From Octopus vulgaris (lineage: Eukaryota), in contig OX597827.1 of NCBI GenBank assembly GCA_951406725.2, positions 46,004,001-46,068,000 on the forward strand: DNA of 64,000 nt. Reading direction: 5' to 3'. The number at the start of each line of letters is the position of its first letter. Position 1 is the stretch's first letter. A program made the translations under genes and the position numbers. The notes beneath the pieces are model-generated. The model ran no database searches, was not told where the DNA came from, and saw nothing but the letters and a program-made list of their open reading frames with translations. Shown piece after piece: positions 13,851 through 28,665 of the stretch.

Positions 13851-14193
13851 GTTGCAAAAAGGAAAGACCGAGGAAAAGACATGGAAAGGTGTGCTGAAAG
13901 CAGATCTGTGAAGATTGAATCTCATCAAGGAAATAACAGGGGACTATAACAAATGAACAGAGGCTTCACTAGAGAAGACCGACATGGGTAAATATGGAAA
14001 ACTGATTTAAAAATTATAATGGTGATGTGTGTGTATGTGTGTGCATGCGTTAATTTCTTTTAATTTCCTTATATTTCAACTGAGATATGAATATATACCT
14101 CACTCCCTCTCTCAAAAGACAAGCATTCATGGTGGTGGCAATAACAGGCAACAGAGGCTAGTTTATAGTGGTGGTGGGGAGTACTCTAGGTAC

Positions 14194-14233
<40 letters not shown>

Positions 14234-14895
14234 GGCGGTGGTGGTAGTAGTAGTAGTAGAGGAGGTGGCAGTGGTGGAAATGGTGTAGAAGTAGGAGTAA
14301 GTAGCAGTGGTGACTAGTTGATAAAACTATGATGATGATGATGATGATGGTAGTGTTGATAAAAGTGGTGGTTGTGGTGAGAGTAGAAGTGGTGTAACAG
14401 TGGTGTTAGTAACGGTTGTTGAGTAAAGCAGTGTTTACGATAGGGCTTGAGAAGTTGTGAGGAAAAAGAGGTGGTGGCAGGACTGTCGCTGCTCTTGTTG
14501 CAGTTCAAACCCCACTTCAACCACACCCAGTCATCCTCTGATTGAAAGGGCCCATGAATCAAAAGCCATTCCAGCCATGACAATCCCATTGTTTTATGGG
14601 TTATGTAACACCACACTATATACAGAATCATTTCTTAAGATAGCAAGATGATATCCAGTGAAAATTTGGCTGCTACTTCTAGGAGAACATATGACCATGG
14701 AGAGGTAAACAATGGTGGTGTTAGTGGTATTGGCTATAGTGTTGTTAGTGGTGTGAAATGCATTAGTAAGGATTTTCGGTGTTCATGTTGTAGTGGTGGT
14801 GGTGATGGTAGTAGTGGTAGTAGCAGCAGCAGCAATAATAGTGACAAGTAATTCTGCCGGCTGAAGTAGCAGTAGTTGGGGTGATAATGGGAATA

Positions 14896-14930
<35 letters not shown>

Positions 14931-15139
14931 TGATAAATAATAATTAAATATGCAAGAAGCAGCAGCAGCCACTAATAGTGCCACCAGAGACATCTCTGGT
15001 TTTCACAAAGCTATGCAATGTGTGTGTGTGTGTGTATGTGTGTACATGTGAACACAAGAATAGTCAAACACATTCATATACACACACATGATATATAAGC
15101 AAGCATACACACACACATATATATACACACACGCACATT

Positions 15140-15197
<58 letters not shown>

Positions 15198-15601
15198 CAA
15201 ACATTTACACATACATACATACATACACACAAATACATAATTACACCCACCCACACATTCAAACCCGTTTATGTATATGCACACACAGTCAAACATATAC
15301 ATTCAACTACACTCAAATACACACACACACACACACACACATTCACACACACCCTTACATGTGGGCATATGGTTTTCAGTCTTCCATTTGTCTTATCTTG
15401 GACAACAAATCAGTTTTTCATTCCTATACTGGAATCTCCTTGGCAGCATCAGATACCAAGACTTTTACTAAATTAGATGGAACATCTGTACAATGACACC
15501 AACAAACAACATCTGTACAGTGTTTATAAAACATGAGTGAGTGTACGTCTTATACATACATATACATATTTCATATGTACATATATATATATAGATATAT
15601 A

Positions 15602-15828
15602 TTCTTTTATTCTTTTACTTGTTTCAGTCATTTGACTGTGACCATGCTGGAACACCACTTCTAGTCCAACAAATCAACCCCAGGAATTATTCTTTGTAAG
15701 CCTAGCACATTCTTTATTGGTCAGTTTTTGCCGAACTGCTAAGTGACGGGGACGTAAACTCACCAACACTGGTTGTCAAGCAATGGGGGGGCAAACACAG
15801 ACACAAATAACAACTACATACATACACG

Positions 15829-15859
<31 letters not shown>

Positions 15860-16511
15860 GATGGGTGTAATCGTTACCAGCATCACCTTACTGGCACCTG
15901 TGCCGGTGGCATGTGTAAAAGATTCAAGCAAGGTCGTTGCCAGTGGCACGTAAAAGCCAGTGGCACGTAAAAGCACCCACTACACTCTCTGCGTGGTTGG
16001 CGTTAGGAAGGGCATCCAGCTGTAGAAACTCTGCCAGATCAAGATTGAAGCCTGGTGCAGCCATCTGGTTCGCCAGCCCTCAGTCAAATCGTCCAACCCA
16101 TGCTAGCTTGGAAAGTGGACGTTAAACGATGATAGGCTTCTTTCAGTTTCTGTCAAACAAATCCACTCACGACTTTGGTCAGCCCGAGGCTATAGTAAAA
16201 GATACTTGCCCAAGGTGCCACACAGTGGGGCTGAACCTGAAACCATGTGGTTAGGAAGCAAGCTTCTTTCTTACCACACAGCCATATATATATATATATA
16301 TATATATATACTCTTTTACTCGTTTCAGTTATTTGACTGCGGCCATGCTGGAGCACCGCCTTCAGTCGAGCAAATCGACCCCAGGACTTATTCTTTGTAA
16401 GCCCAGTACTTATTCTATCGGTCTCTTTTGCTGAATCGCTAAGTGACGGAGACGTAAACACACCAGCATGGGTTGTCAAGCAATGCTAGGGGGACAAACA
16501 CAGACACACAA

Positions 16512-16544
<33 letters not shown>

Positions 16545-16719
16545 CATACATATATACGACAGGCTTCTTTCAGTTTCCATCTACCAAATCCACTCACAAG
16601 GCTTTGGTCGGCCTGGGGCTATAGCAGAAGACACTTGCTCAAGATGCTACGCAGTGGGACTGAACCCGGAACCATGTGGTTGGTTAGCAAGCTACTTACC
16701 ACACAGCCACTCCTGCACC
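15602..16719 (-). mobile_element. Nested SINE cluster: split family A copy with family C inserted (15865-16132), then a full family A copy (16311-16719)
   Basis: Family A 3' half 15602-15800 and 5' half 16133-16284 flank an oppositely oriented family C copy. Confidence 0.8.
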
Positions 16720-17814
16720 TATATATATATATATGTATATATGTTCTTTTATTCTTTTGCTTGTTTCAGTCATTTAACTGCAGGCATGCTGGAACACCAG
16801 GATTTATTAATCAAAGAAACACAGAGCATCTCAAAATTCAGTAACGAAAGGGTTAACAGTTGACAAAATTAAGAACATTATAAACTAGCAAGTCAAAGCT
16901 GAATTAAAAAAAAAAAAAAAAAGAAGCATCATGCCTTGAGGAAGGAATACGGTCATTATTATAAAGAAATACAAGGCGGTGAGGTGGCAGAACTGTTAGC
17001 ATGCCAGACGAAATGCCTAAAAGCATTTCTTGCAGCGTTACAGTTTGGTAAAAGAGACCGATAGAATAAGTACTAAGCTTACAAAGATTAAGTCCTGGGG
17101 GTCGATTTGCTCGACTAAAGGCGGTGCTCCAGCATGGTCACAGTCAAATGACTGAAACAAGTAAAAGAGCAAAGAGTAAATTTCATTCACCACCACCTCT
17201 CCGTCCCTTTCCTCCTTCCACTAATCACATGGAAGCATTACAGACGAGCTAAGTAACGGAGGAACAAGCAGAATTATTATAAGATGGATTAAGTGACTCG
17301 ACAATAAAACAAAACAAAAGCAAACAAGTAAATAAACCAATTTGTTACAGGGGTAGGGTTTTCATTCAAAAGTTGAGAAATATGGAAAACTATTAAGAAA
17401 CTTGGAGTTCTTAGGTCAAGGCTATACACTTTCATATTTGTATGTAATAACAAAAGAACAACAGATTTGAATAAAATGCCTAGAAAATGGTAAAGTACTT
17501 CAAAAATAGAATGAAGTAAAAAGTAAAGTGATTTGTACTCTTCAAATACAATTGGTACAGTGAAATTTGTAATTTCAGGGTTTCTCAACTTCAGATTCCT
17601 TACAGCAACATTCACAGGTGTCTGTGTGTCTGTATGTACAATACACACACACACACACACACACACAAATATGGATATCTACAAATCCCAAGAGATAATG
17701 CTTTGGCACTTTATTAGTGAGTGGCTTGAATTGAACAAAGGAGAACAAAAATCTAAAACCCCGAAGAAAAATATAAACATGTATGTACATACACACATAT
17801 ACATACATGCATGT

Positions 17815-17855
<41 letters not shown>

Positions 17856-18233
17856 TACATGTATATACACATATACAGACATGTATATATATATACATAT
17901 ACACAGATGCATAGACATACACACATTACATACATACATATACACACATATATACATACATACATACACGCATATATATACATACACAGTTGCATATACA
18001 CACACACATGTACGGATATATACAAATACAGATATGTATGTATACTTACACATATATGCATATTTATACAGACACACACACAGAGTAATATTTCGGGATG
18101 GTCAGAGCAAAACAGAGAAAAAAAAAGATTATCCCAAAATATAACAATATCTGTTGCAACACATGATTTCACATCAGTAATCTTGCAAAACAAATTCATA
18201 AATGTGTACATGCATACATACATATATATACAT

Positions 18234-18292
<59 letters not shown>

Positions 18293-18354
18293 TATAAGCA
18301 TCTTTAACACATATATGCACACACATAAATATATATATACATATGTGTGTGGTG

Positions 18355-18389
<35 letters not shown>

Positions 18390-19081
18390 CACACACTGGT
18401 GATGATGATGATGATATATATATATATATATATATTTATATGTATGCATATACATGGATATTCACACACTGTTCAGAAGCTCATTAGTCTTGTTTATCAT
18501 GCCTTTACATCCTGTTGTTTGTTCTTGCTTTTGTTTTTGTTTTAGTGTATTTAGTATGTCTGCATTTGTTTAATATATTATCTCTCCACCCATCCCCACC
18601 CAAACACATGCACCAACTCTTCAATTCCTGGGTTCTCAGTTCCTAGAATACCAAGACAAAAACAGGCAGGATACTAACCAAGTATGGCAGGTTATTATTC
18701 TTTAGCATAAATATATACATATCTATGTATACACACACATATATATATGTATATATATATATATGTATGTATATATATATGTATATATATACACAAACAT
18801 ATGTATGTACATATCTATATATACATAATTATGTATATATATATATATATGTATGTATATATGTATATATATTATCATCATCATCATTTATGGAAAACGG
18901 ACGCTAAATGATGATGATGATATATACACACACACACATATATACATACATATGAATGTATATATACATATCTTTCTCTCTATATATATATATGCTTATA
19001 TATATACATACATACACATACAAACACTAATACATACACACACATATACACACCAATACATCTACACACATACCAATACAT

Positions 19082-19126
<45 letters not shown>

Positions 19127-19886
19127 CATACATACACACATACATACGTGTTTGTGTGTGTATGTATGTATATAAAAAAATACACATATTCACAAGCATT
19201 AATCCAGAACAGAAGAATATAAGGAAGAGCACATGCGACACGCAGATATGTGGACCAAGTTCCATGGGTGAACATATTCTTTGTGTTCTTAGATTGTTGT
19301 TCATGTCTTATATGAAATTAATTTAAAATCTTCATCATCGACATATGTTCACACTGACACACACGCTCCCACATACGTGCACATCACGTATACATTCACA
19401 CATACGTGTACACACCATATACATGCACATATGTCCAGGAGTGCATTGCAATGGATACTTATAATTAACATGTATTATTAATTAACTGAAGAGGTCTATG
19501 TTTGGAAAATTAGAGAGACAGAGAATAGAGAGAAAGAGAGAGAGAGAGAGAGCAGAAAAAGTTAGATAGAGGGAGAGCAAGAGTGAGAGAAACAGGAGGT
19601 GGAGTGGAGAGAGAGAGAGAGGGTGGAGCAGAGATGGAGATGAAGAAGAAAACAGGGTAGACAAAGTACAGCGTGGATGGATAACCCAAATCACTGGCGC
19701 CAGCAAGAATTAAACTCAGAATGGAAAAAGGTTTAACTAAATACTGCAAAACATTAATAACTGATGCTCCACTGATTCTACCATCTGCTGTCCTTCTTAA
19801 TAACAACAACAGCATAATTTCTAAGATACTCTTTGGGGAGATGGCTTTAGTCAGTTCTATGGACAAAGATACTACTTTGTTTATTA

Positions 19887-20119
19887 CAGTTGTTCTCAAC
19901 CATTTCTTTTTTTTTTTACCTGTGGACCCTTTTTGATCCCTATTTTATTCTTCTGGATCCCCATAGCCATTTGATGTTTTTAAAAAATCTTGTTGAAATA
20001 TGATTAGTAATTGTATAAAAGAATTGTTAAGATATTTTGTGTATTGTAGAAGCTTAACCAATTTATTGCACATATACTTTAACAACAAAATCCTTTAGGA
20101 CCCCGGATGAAAACCACTG
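19887..20119 (+). mobile_element. hAT-type MITE
   Basis: TIRs cagttgttctcaacc / gatgaaaaccactg; imperfect 8-bp TSD gtttatta / gcttattg; same family as 41145-41400. Confidence 0.75.
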
Positions 20120-20388
20120 GCTTATTGGTCTCTATTTTATCAACCCTTGAAAAATGTAAAGCAAAGGTGACATTAGTGGGGACTGAACTTAGTATGTTAA
20201 AATCCAAAATGAATGAAATACCACAAGGCATTTTTCTCAATGCTCTGAAGCAACCACAGGCAAACTGTTTTGAATGGAACGCCTAATGCAAAATTACCTA
20301 GAAACTTTGTAGTAGTGTGGCCCACCTGATGATAAGCTATGTTTCATGTGGCCCACTTCTCGAAAAAGATTGCCCATACTTGCTCTAA

Positions 20389-20608
20389 CCCTTTCATTAC
20401 CAAGCCGGCTGAAACCGGCTTTGGCTCTGAGTACAAATGTCTTTTTTACATAAGTTTTGAATTAAATTCTTCCACCAAACCTTAGTCACAGTTTATGTTC
20501 CTAACACTAGCCGAATGATAACTAAGATTTTTTATTAAATTGTTTGTTATATCTAAAATAACTGAAAGAAACACAGAGCATCTCAAAATAAATACAGTGA
20601 CGAAAGGG
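20389..20608 (+). mobile_element. piggyBac-like MITE
   Basis: TIRs ccctttcattac / gtgacgaaaggg flanked by ctaa and ttaa; right end repeated at about 16810-16856. Confidence 0.7.
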
Positions 20609-20916
20609 TTAAAGGCTAATTCACTGCCCTTGAATAAGTTCCAATTTAGACACAGGGCTAGCAGTTTTGAGAAGAGTTTTGAAAGAATGAAGGGTAAAAC
20701 TGACTTCAACAAGATTTGAACTTGAAACATGAAGTGTCTTCAACTATTGCCTCAGGCTGACCAAGGCCTTGTGAGTGGAATTGGTAGGTAGGAACTGAAA
20801 GCTCATTATATGCATGAGTGTATTCTTTTATTCTTTTACATGTTTCAGCCCTAATGCTGTGGCCATAATGGGGCACCTATCAATAATTATAATAGAGAAT
20901 ATGGAGATGGGTACAT

Positions 20917-20962
<46 letters not shown>

Positions 20963-20975
20963 ATTATATAGAAGG

Positions 20976-21026
20976 AGCTTCTACAGGACTAGTACTGTTT
21001 CATTCAAGAGAAATCTTCAGGAAGCT
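20976..21026 (-). ncRNA. Type I hammerhead ribozyme (mirror copy)
   Basis: Exact reverse complement of 22394-22444. Confidence 0.8.
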
Positions 21027-21410
21027 ATTTAACAAGAATTGTATTAGCATTTATACATTTAGGCAGGTTTAAAGGAGTGGTGGTGGGGGACTTTTTGGGG
21101 GTAGGCATAGCGCAAAATATCATACTTGGGGGAGTGGTCAAGGAGTCAGTGGTAAGTTAGATGAAAGAATAGATAAATAAAAAAATAAAAATAAAAAAAT
21201 AAAAAAATAAAAAATAAAATAAAAAAAATAAAAAAATAAAAAAATAAAAAAATTAAAATATATAAAAAAATAAAAAAATAAAAAATATATATAAAAAATA
21301 TATATATAAAAAATATATATATAAAAAAAGGGGGATAGAGTTATAGGTAAATAAGGAGATTCTCACTTATACCTATACACACATGTATACGTATCTACAC
21401 ACACATATAT

Positions 21411-21455
<45 letters not shown>

Positions 21456-22393
21456 CACACATACATACATATCTACATACACACATACATACACCCGCCC
21501 ACATATACAAATTTATACACATGCACATGCATATACCTGTGTACACATACACACACGTATATATGCATACACTCACTCCCATGCATGCACGCATACACAC
21601 ATGTATATATATACCCACGACCACACATACATATATACACATATATGTACATATGTATATATGTACATATGTACATATGTACATATGTACATATGTGTAT
21701 GTGGGTGTATGTATATATAGGTGTAAAAATATGTGTATATAGGGAACTAGGTGTGTTGTGTGTGCATGAGTGTATGTGCGTATGAATATATATTTTTCTG
21801 TGTATATATGTATGTGTGGTCGTGGGTATATATATACATGTGTGTATGCGTGCATGCATGGGAGTGAGTGTATGCATATATACGTGTGTGTATGTGTACA
21901 CAGGTATATGCATGTGCATGTGTATAAATTTGTATATGTGGGCGGGTGTATGTATGTGTGTATGTAGATATGTATGTATGTGTGTGTGTGTGTGTGTGTA
22001 TATGCATATATATATATATATATATGTGTATATGTGTATATATGTGTGTGTAGATACGTATACATGTGTGTATAGGTATAAGTGAGAATCTCCTTATTTA
22101 CCTATAACTCTATCCCCCCTTTTTTTATATATATATTTTTTATATATATATTTTTTATATAAATTTTTTATTTTTTTATTTTTTTATATTTTTTTATTTT
22201 TTTATTTTTTTATTTTATTTTTTTATTTTATTATTTTTTTATTTATCTATTCTTTCATCTAACTTACCACTGACTCCTTGACCACTCCCCCAAGTATGAT
22301 ATTTTGCGCTATGCCTACCCCCAAAAAAGTCCCCCACCACCACTCCTTTAAACCTGCCTAAATGTATAAATGCTAATACAATTCTTGTTAAAT

Positions 22394-22444
22394 AGCTTCC
22401 TGAAGATTTCTCTTGAATGAAACAGTACTAGTCCTGTAGAAGCT
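22394..22444 (+). ncRNA. Type I hammerhead ribozyme, canonical core
   Basis: agcttc-CUGAAGA(22400-22406)-t ttc tctt gaa t-GAAA(22419-22422)-cag tactagtc ctg-UA-gaagct; predicted cleavage GUA after 22438. Confidence 0.8.
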
Positions 22445-22527
22445 CCTTCTATATAATAAATTAATTTTACTCTGCTATGTATTGAGTACCTTACTTACTG
22501 TGGTTAACCCCGAATCAACCCGGGACC

Positions 22528-22577
<50 letters not shown>

Positions 22578-24654
22578 TCAATATGTGTGTGTGTGTGTGT
22601 GTATTTGTACATCACCACTACTCGACAACCAGTGTTGGTTTGTTTACATCCCTATAACTTATCAGTTCAGTAACCTGGGATCAATAGGGGATAAGTACCA
22701 AAAGAGAGACAAAACACAACAAATAAAGTACTGGGCTCAATTCATTTGTCTAAACCTATTAGACATGGTGGTGCGTGCCCCCACTACGACTGCAATCCAA
22801 TGACTGAGACAAATAAAGAATGAGATAGAGTAATAAAAAAACTGGAGATATAATGCACACCAACCTTGAGTTTTTGTATTGTAATTTATGGCAAAAATTA
22901 TGACAGCTGTATAAAAAAAAATCACAACGAAAAATTTCATACATCCTAAATGAAACAACGAAAAGCTAACTTTGAAAGTGACTTCTGAATTTTTCCAGGA
23001 GAAGGCCATAAAAATGTTGTTACCTGTTGGAAAACATTGTGAAGAACCATTCAATCATATTTTTTTTTGTTGCTTTTTTTTTTATATATGAAAAAACTAA
23101 AACGTGTATTAAACACAAATGAATTTGATAGATGCAAGGGAGAGGTAGGGGGTGGAGGACATAAACGAATGGGTGGGGAATGGTTTGATAAATGAATGAG
23201 TAGATAAGAGTGGTGGTGGTGGTGGTAGTGGTGGTGGTGGTGGAAGTGGTGGTGGTAGTGGTGGTGGTGGGTGTTGAGGAAGGAGACGGATTAAAACAGA
23301 CAGGCTCCAATCTGATCTGGCAATGTTTCTACAGCCCTTCCTAACACCACCCATGATGTAAAAGTAACAGATTTACACCATATACACATTACACACACAC
23401 ATTATATATACACACACGCATCAATATCTATTCAAATATGTGTGTGTGTGTGTGTGTTTGTGCATGCATGTGTATACATATAGTGAGAAATATCTGTATT
23501 AATATGAATGTGTGCATACATATAGATGTGTGTGTGTGTGTGTATGTATACATATATATAATGTATATGTATATATATATGTATATATATATATATGTAT
23601 TTATATATATATATATATGTATGTATATGTTTGTGTATGTATATGCATATGTGTGTGTGTGTGTGTGTATATGTGCATTCCCATATACATGTGTGTGTAA
23701 GTGTGAATGCGTGTGTGTGAGTGTGTGTGTATACACACACACACACACACACACAATATATTCCTGGTAATTTGAATTTTACACAGCAGAATAACAGAAC
23801 ACATCGAAACAGAATAAGACAAAACAAAATCGAAAAATACCAAAGAAGAAAAAAAAAAGAACAAATACAAACAAAAAGGAAAAAAAAAAAATTCCTGATA
23901 CAAATTAAAAGTACTAAGAATGACGATAAATTAAAACAAATCAAGAGAAAATTAAATTATTTTATGATATCTGATGGTTTTAATATTACCACCATCACCA
24001 TTATTATCATTATTATTATTATTATTATTATTACGATCAACACATTACAACATACTAATGTTGCTATCACAATTACATAAAAACTACCAATTCTACCACA
24101 ATCATAATCAGCTCCACCATTATAATTATCGTCAGCATCATCATCATCGTCGTCGCCATTAGCACGGATATCTATTCCATCACTATAATCATTCGTCTCT
24201 TCTGCATCCACCAACACCATTACTTCACAAGAACCATCCCAGCAGCAGCAGTAGCAGCAGCAGCAGCAAAACCATAAGCATCCTCGTAGAAATATAACCA
24301 CCAGACAATGCTCTAAGCAGGACAGTTACCAGTATCAACATGATCCTCTCCGTCGATATTGCCAACACCCACTCATGCAGACAAACTGCTACCACCACCA
24401 CCACCAACATCACCACTACAAACATCATCAATGCAACGACCATGACCACCACTAACATCATTACCATCATCATTGTGGAGGCATGGCTGTGTGGTAATAA
24501 ACTCATTTCCCAACCACATGGCTTTTAGGTTCAGTCCCACTGTACGGTACCTCAAGTGAGTGTCTTCTACTATAGTCCTGAACTGATCAAAGCCTTGTGT
24601 GTTGATTTGGTAGACAGAAACTGAAAGAAGCCCATTGTATATATATATATATAT

Positions 24655-25225
24655 CATCATCATCATTAAAATATCCGTTTTCCATGCTGGCATGGGTTGG
24701 CTGGTTTGACTGCTGTCTGGAGAGCCAGTGGCTACACCAGGCTCCAATCTGATCTGGCAATGTTTCTACAGCCCTTCCTAACGCCAGCCACTCCGAGAGT
24801 GTAGTGGGTGCTTTTTACATTCCACCGACACAAGAGCCAGTCAGGGGGTACTGGCATCGGCCACATTCGGAGGGTGCTTTTTACATGCCACTGGCATGGG
24901 GGTCAGTCAGAAGGTACTGGCATCGGCCACGTTCGGAGGGTGTTTTTTACATGCCACTGGCATGGGGGCCAGCCATGAGGTCCTGGAATCGATTGCAGTC
25001 GGATAGTGCTTTTTACATGTCACCGGTATGGGAGCCAGTGAGTGGGTACTGGCATCAACCACGTTTGGCTGGTACTCTTTACATGCCACCGGCACGGGGA
25101 CCAGTCAGGCATTCCTGGCATCACTCACATTCGGATAGTGCTTTTTACGTCCCACCAGCATGGGAGCCAGTCAGGGGTTACTGGTATTGGCCACATTTGG
25201 ATGGTGCTTTTTATGTGCCACCGGC
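24655..25225 (-). mobile_element. Family C copy with expanded 66-bp minisatellite (24808-25224, about 6 units)
   Basis: gtgctttttac unit starts at 24808, 24874, 24940, 25006, 25072, 25138, 25204. Confidence 0.85.
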
Positions 25226-25357
25226 AATATACATATATATTATACATATATATATATATATATATATATTTGAAATTTACAGAAAAACAAAAAAACAAAG
25301 ACAGGTGTATAAACAACAAGCAGGTGCATTAGTTTGACACTCGAGAAGGTGAGAAAG

Positions 25358-25395
25358 TCTTTTACATTTTGAGCCTACGCTCTTCATCAGAAAGA
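25358..25395 (-). ncRNA. Decayed minimal hammerhead in a Penelope-like terminal fragment (25270-25420)
   Basis: tcttt-CUGAUGA-a gagc gtag gctc-AAAA-tg-UA-aaaga; G12 and the ACGU palindrome altered by CpG-type transitions; same family as 60449-60484. Confidence 0.6.
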
Positions 25396-25419
25396 AACAC
25401 AAGGAAATAAACAGAGAGA

Positions 25420-25461
<42 letters not shown>

Positions 25462-27277
25462 ATTGATGAAGGAAATGGAAGACAGAGATGGTACTAGTCT
25501 TTATTCAGTACGAAGATCGTTTCGACTCCCTCCTGTGAATGTCCTTTATCGGTGGGATGTTGTGCATCTGTGTTGCATCTATCAGTGCAGTCTGGGTCAC
25601 AACAGCCAAAATATATCCCAACCATAGTTGACACCAGGTAGCCCAAACTGTGAACGTGCTTTAATCAAAACACAAATTGACATATACCCATTAGTCTAAA
25701 AAAAACACACGTGCACACAAACATACATACATATATACATAGTATATATACATTTATATATATACATATTATATATATATATGTATATATATAAAATTAC
25801 ACACACACACACATAAATATATATATATGATTAACCACCCCCCAACCCCCAAAAAATGAAGAAAAAACACACAAGAAAAAAACAACGAGAGGATGCGGTA
25901 CTTGCAGGCATTTAGGGAAGGAAAGAAGGGTAGTTTTACGTTTTGAACAAAGCTCTTCTTTAGAAAAAGGAGACAGAGGAAAGTCCAAGAGAAAGGAAGA
26001 CGGAGGAAAAAGAACTGCCAACGATTTGTAGTTACATTTTGAAACATATATATATATGTATGATGGGGCTGGTGCTACATAAAAAGCATCCAGTACACTC
26101 TGTAAAGTGTCCGACATTAGGAAGGGCATCCAGTCATAGAAGACATGCCAAGACAGACAATGGAACCTATTGCGGCCCCTGCTCTGCAAGCATCATTATA
26201 CATCATACTACCCACTATCAATAGAAAACCCCAAAATCACACCCACCGCCACCAACAACAACCATCACAACACAAGCCAACAAGGGTACTTCTACATGGT
26301 TGCTCGACTACCAAGAAAAAGCAGTTGAACCTCCCTCGAATCATATCCCAACATCACAGAAACGGACACATTGGATAAAGTGTGGTGGTGGTTGTTGGGG
26401 GAGGATTCTCTCCATATCGGAATAAAATGGGATGATCATGACTGGAATGCCTTTGATCATAGATTTGCTCAATCAGAGCTGACCTGGGGCTAAACAACTA
26501 CAGCAATCGTTACCACTCATGGGCTACCACTGTCAACACCAGGATCAGATCACTACCATCCGTTCAACTACCACCACCACCACCATAACCAACACCAGCA
26601 ATCATTTCATTACCATCCTTATCATCATCAACAACACCACCATCACCATCTCAAACCACCAACAATCCTCACCACCATCTCTGCCATCATCATCATCATC
26701 ATCATAATCACTACCACCACCACCATCTTGTAAACAGCCGAAGAGGAATATACTTAGGGAAATCAATTATTACACTGTGAAATATAGTTAGGTACCCCCA
26801 CCCTCCACCCAACCACAACCACCCACCACTATAAAATGAACCCTTAATAAAAATGATTTGGTACAGGAGAGGGTGTATAGAGAAGCTGCGCTGTGTGTGT
26901 GAGTGTGTATATATATATGTGTGTGTGTGTGAATATGGGTGCATATGTATGCATGTATGTGTATATATATGTATATGTGTGTGTGTGTGCACATATACAT
27001 GAGTATGTTTATAGCTATGTATGCATATATGTATGTGTGAACATGGGTATATATGTATGTATACATGAGTGTGTGTATGTGCATATATATATGTGTGTTT
27101 ATGTGGATATCTCTATGCATGTATGTATATGTGTGTGTGTGTGAACATGGATGCATATGTATGCAAGTATGTTTATATGGATATGTATGTATGTATGTGT
27201 TAGTGTGTGTGTGTGTGTGTGTGAACATGACTGTATAAGTATGCATGTGTGTGGGGGTTCTCAGTTATTTGATTTAG

Positions 27278-27318
<41 letters not shown>

Positions 27319-28448
27319 ACAAAGGGAGGGGGAGAGATTGATTGATTGTACTTTTGTTGTAAATTTTTTGGCAACATTTTGTTTTCTTTTTGTTTGTTGC
27401 TTTGCTTGATTGATTGCTGTTGTTGTTGTTTATCTCATAAAAATCTTTTAATTATTATAATTGTGTCTCAAAAAAAAAAAAATCAAAAAAAGAACGGAAA
27501 AATAGAAAATAAAACGAAAAACAACAATCCCAAAAAAGCTACTCAGAAAATTTTTGCGAAATATCTTGGTTAATGGAAAGAAGGAAGGAAGGAAGGAAGG
27601 AAGGAAGGAAGGAAGAATGGACAAGAAAGAAGGAAATGAGGAAAGAAAGACAGAAAGGAATAAAGAATGATAAAAAACAAAAACAAAAAGCAGTTATCTA
27701 TCTGTTTACTTGTTAGTATGTGTCTGAAAGAGAGAGATCATTACTATGGCTGCGGTCCATCTATTAAATTGGGCAGGGGTGTATCAGTGTATATATCATC
27801 ATTACCATCATCTGATGTCCATTTTTCATGCTGGCTTGGACTGGATGGCTTGACAGGATCCAATGAGTCAGCAGACAGTGTTCAGCACCAATGTCCGCTT
27901 TGGACATGATTTCTATGGCTGGGATGCCCTTCCTCATGTCAACCACTTTACAGAGTGTGTTGGGTGCATTTTCCACCATGCTGCTGTGATGATTTACAGT
28001 ATATCTTAATTGTTTATTTTAAAATCTGGCAGAGCACATCTCCCTCTCTAGGTCAATCACAGCCGCCAATTTCTAACACAAACACACACAGATAAGAACC
28101 AAACCCTGTACTAGACTGGAACTTGTTTAATCAGCTCCAAGAGGAGAAACAGGAAAGCTAACCTCAGAATGGTTTCAACCCAGAATGCAGAGGGACGGTA
28201 AATAACACAAGACATCATATCTAGCCTCCCCCACGCCCCCCCCACATATAATGGGCTCCTTTCAAACCAGGAAAACATAAAGCTGCAGAGCAAACTTCTT
28301 GACAGGCAGAGCATTCAGCTGTAGAAAATCTGTCTCAACAACTTCTGTCTGGACAATGCAAGCATGGAAAAGCAGACATTAAATAATATATATATATATA
28401 TATATATAATCAATGAGAGAGATGGAAGATGGGATATACAAGAATCAA

Positions 28449-28665
28449 GGCGGCGAGCTGGCAGAAACATTAGCATGCCAGGCGAAATGCTTAGTGGTAT
28501 TTCATCTGACTTTACATTTCTTAGTTCAAATTCCAACAAGGTCAACTTTGCTTTTCATCCTTTCGGGGTCAATAATTTAAGTACCAGTTGTGTACTGGGG
28601 TGGATCTAACTGACTGCCCACCCAACTCCCCCAAAATTTCAGGCCTTGTGCCTAGAAGAGAAAAG
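28449..28665 (+). mobile_element. tRNA-derived SINE family B
   Basis: ggcggcgagctggcagaaac head, gttcaaattcc B-box, ttttcatcctttcggggtcaataa central motif. Confidence 0.85.

Larger units (their letters stand above)
20956..22530. mobile_element. 1.5-kb foldback non-coding Penelope-like element inserted in (TA)n
   Basis: Inverted arms 20956-21641 and 21799-22464, near-identical outside simple repeats; 66-bp tail 22465-22530 on one side only; HHR in each arm; TA tracts on both flanks. Confidence 0.8.

Noticed and set aside
24804-25337. 177-aa repetitive ORF, or CRISPR-like array
   Set aside because: 66-bp tandem minisatellite within a SINE-like element; no unique spacers and no cas genes; eukaryotic context
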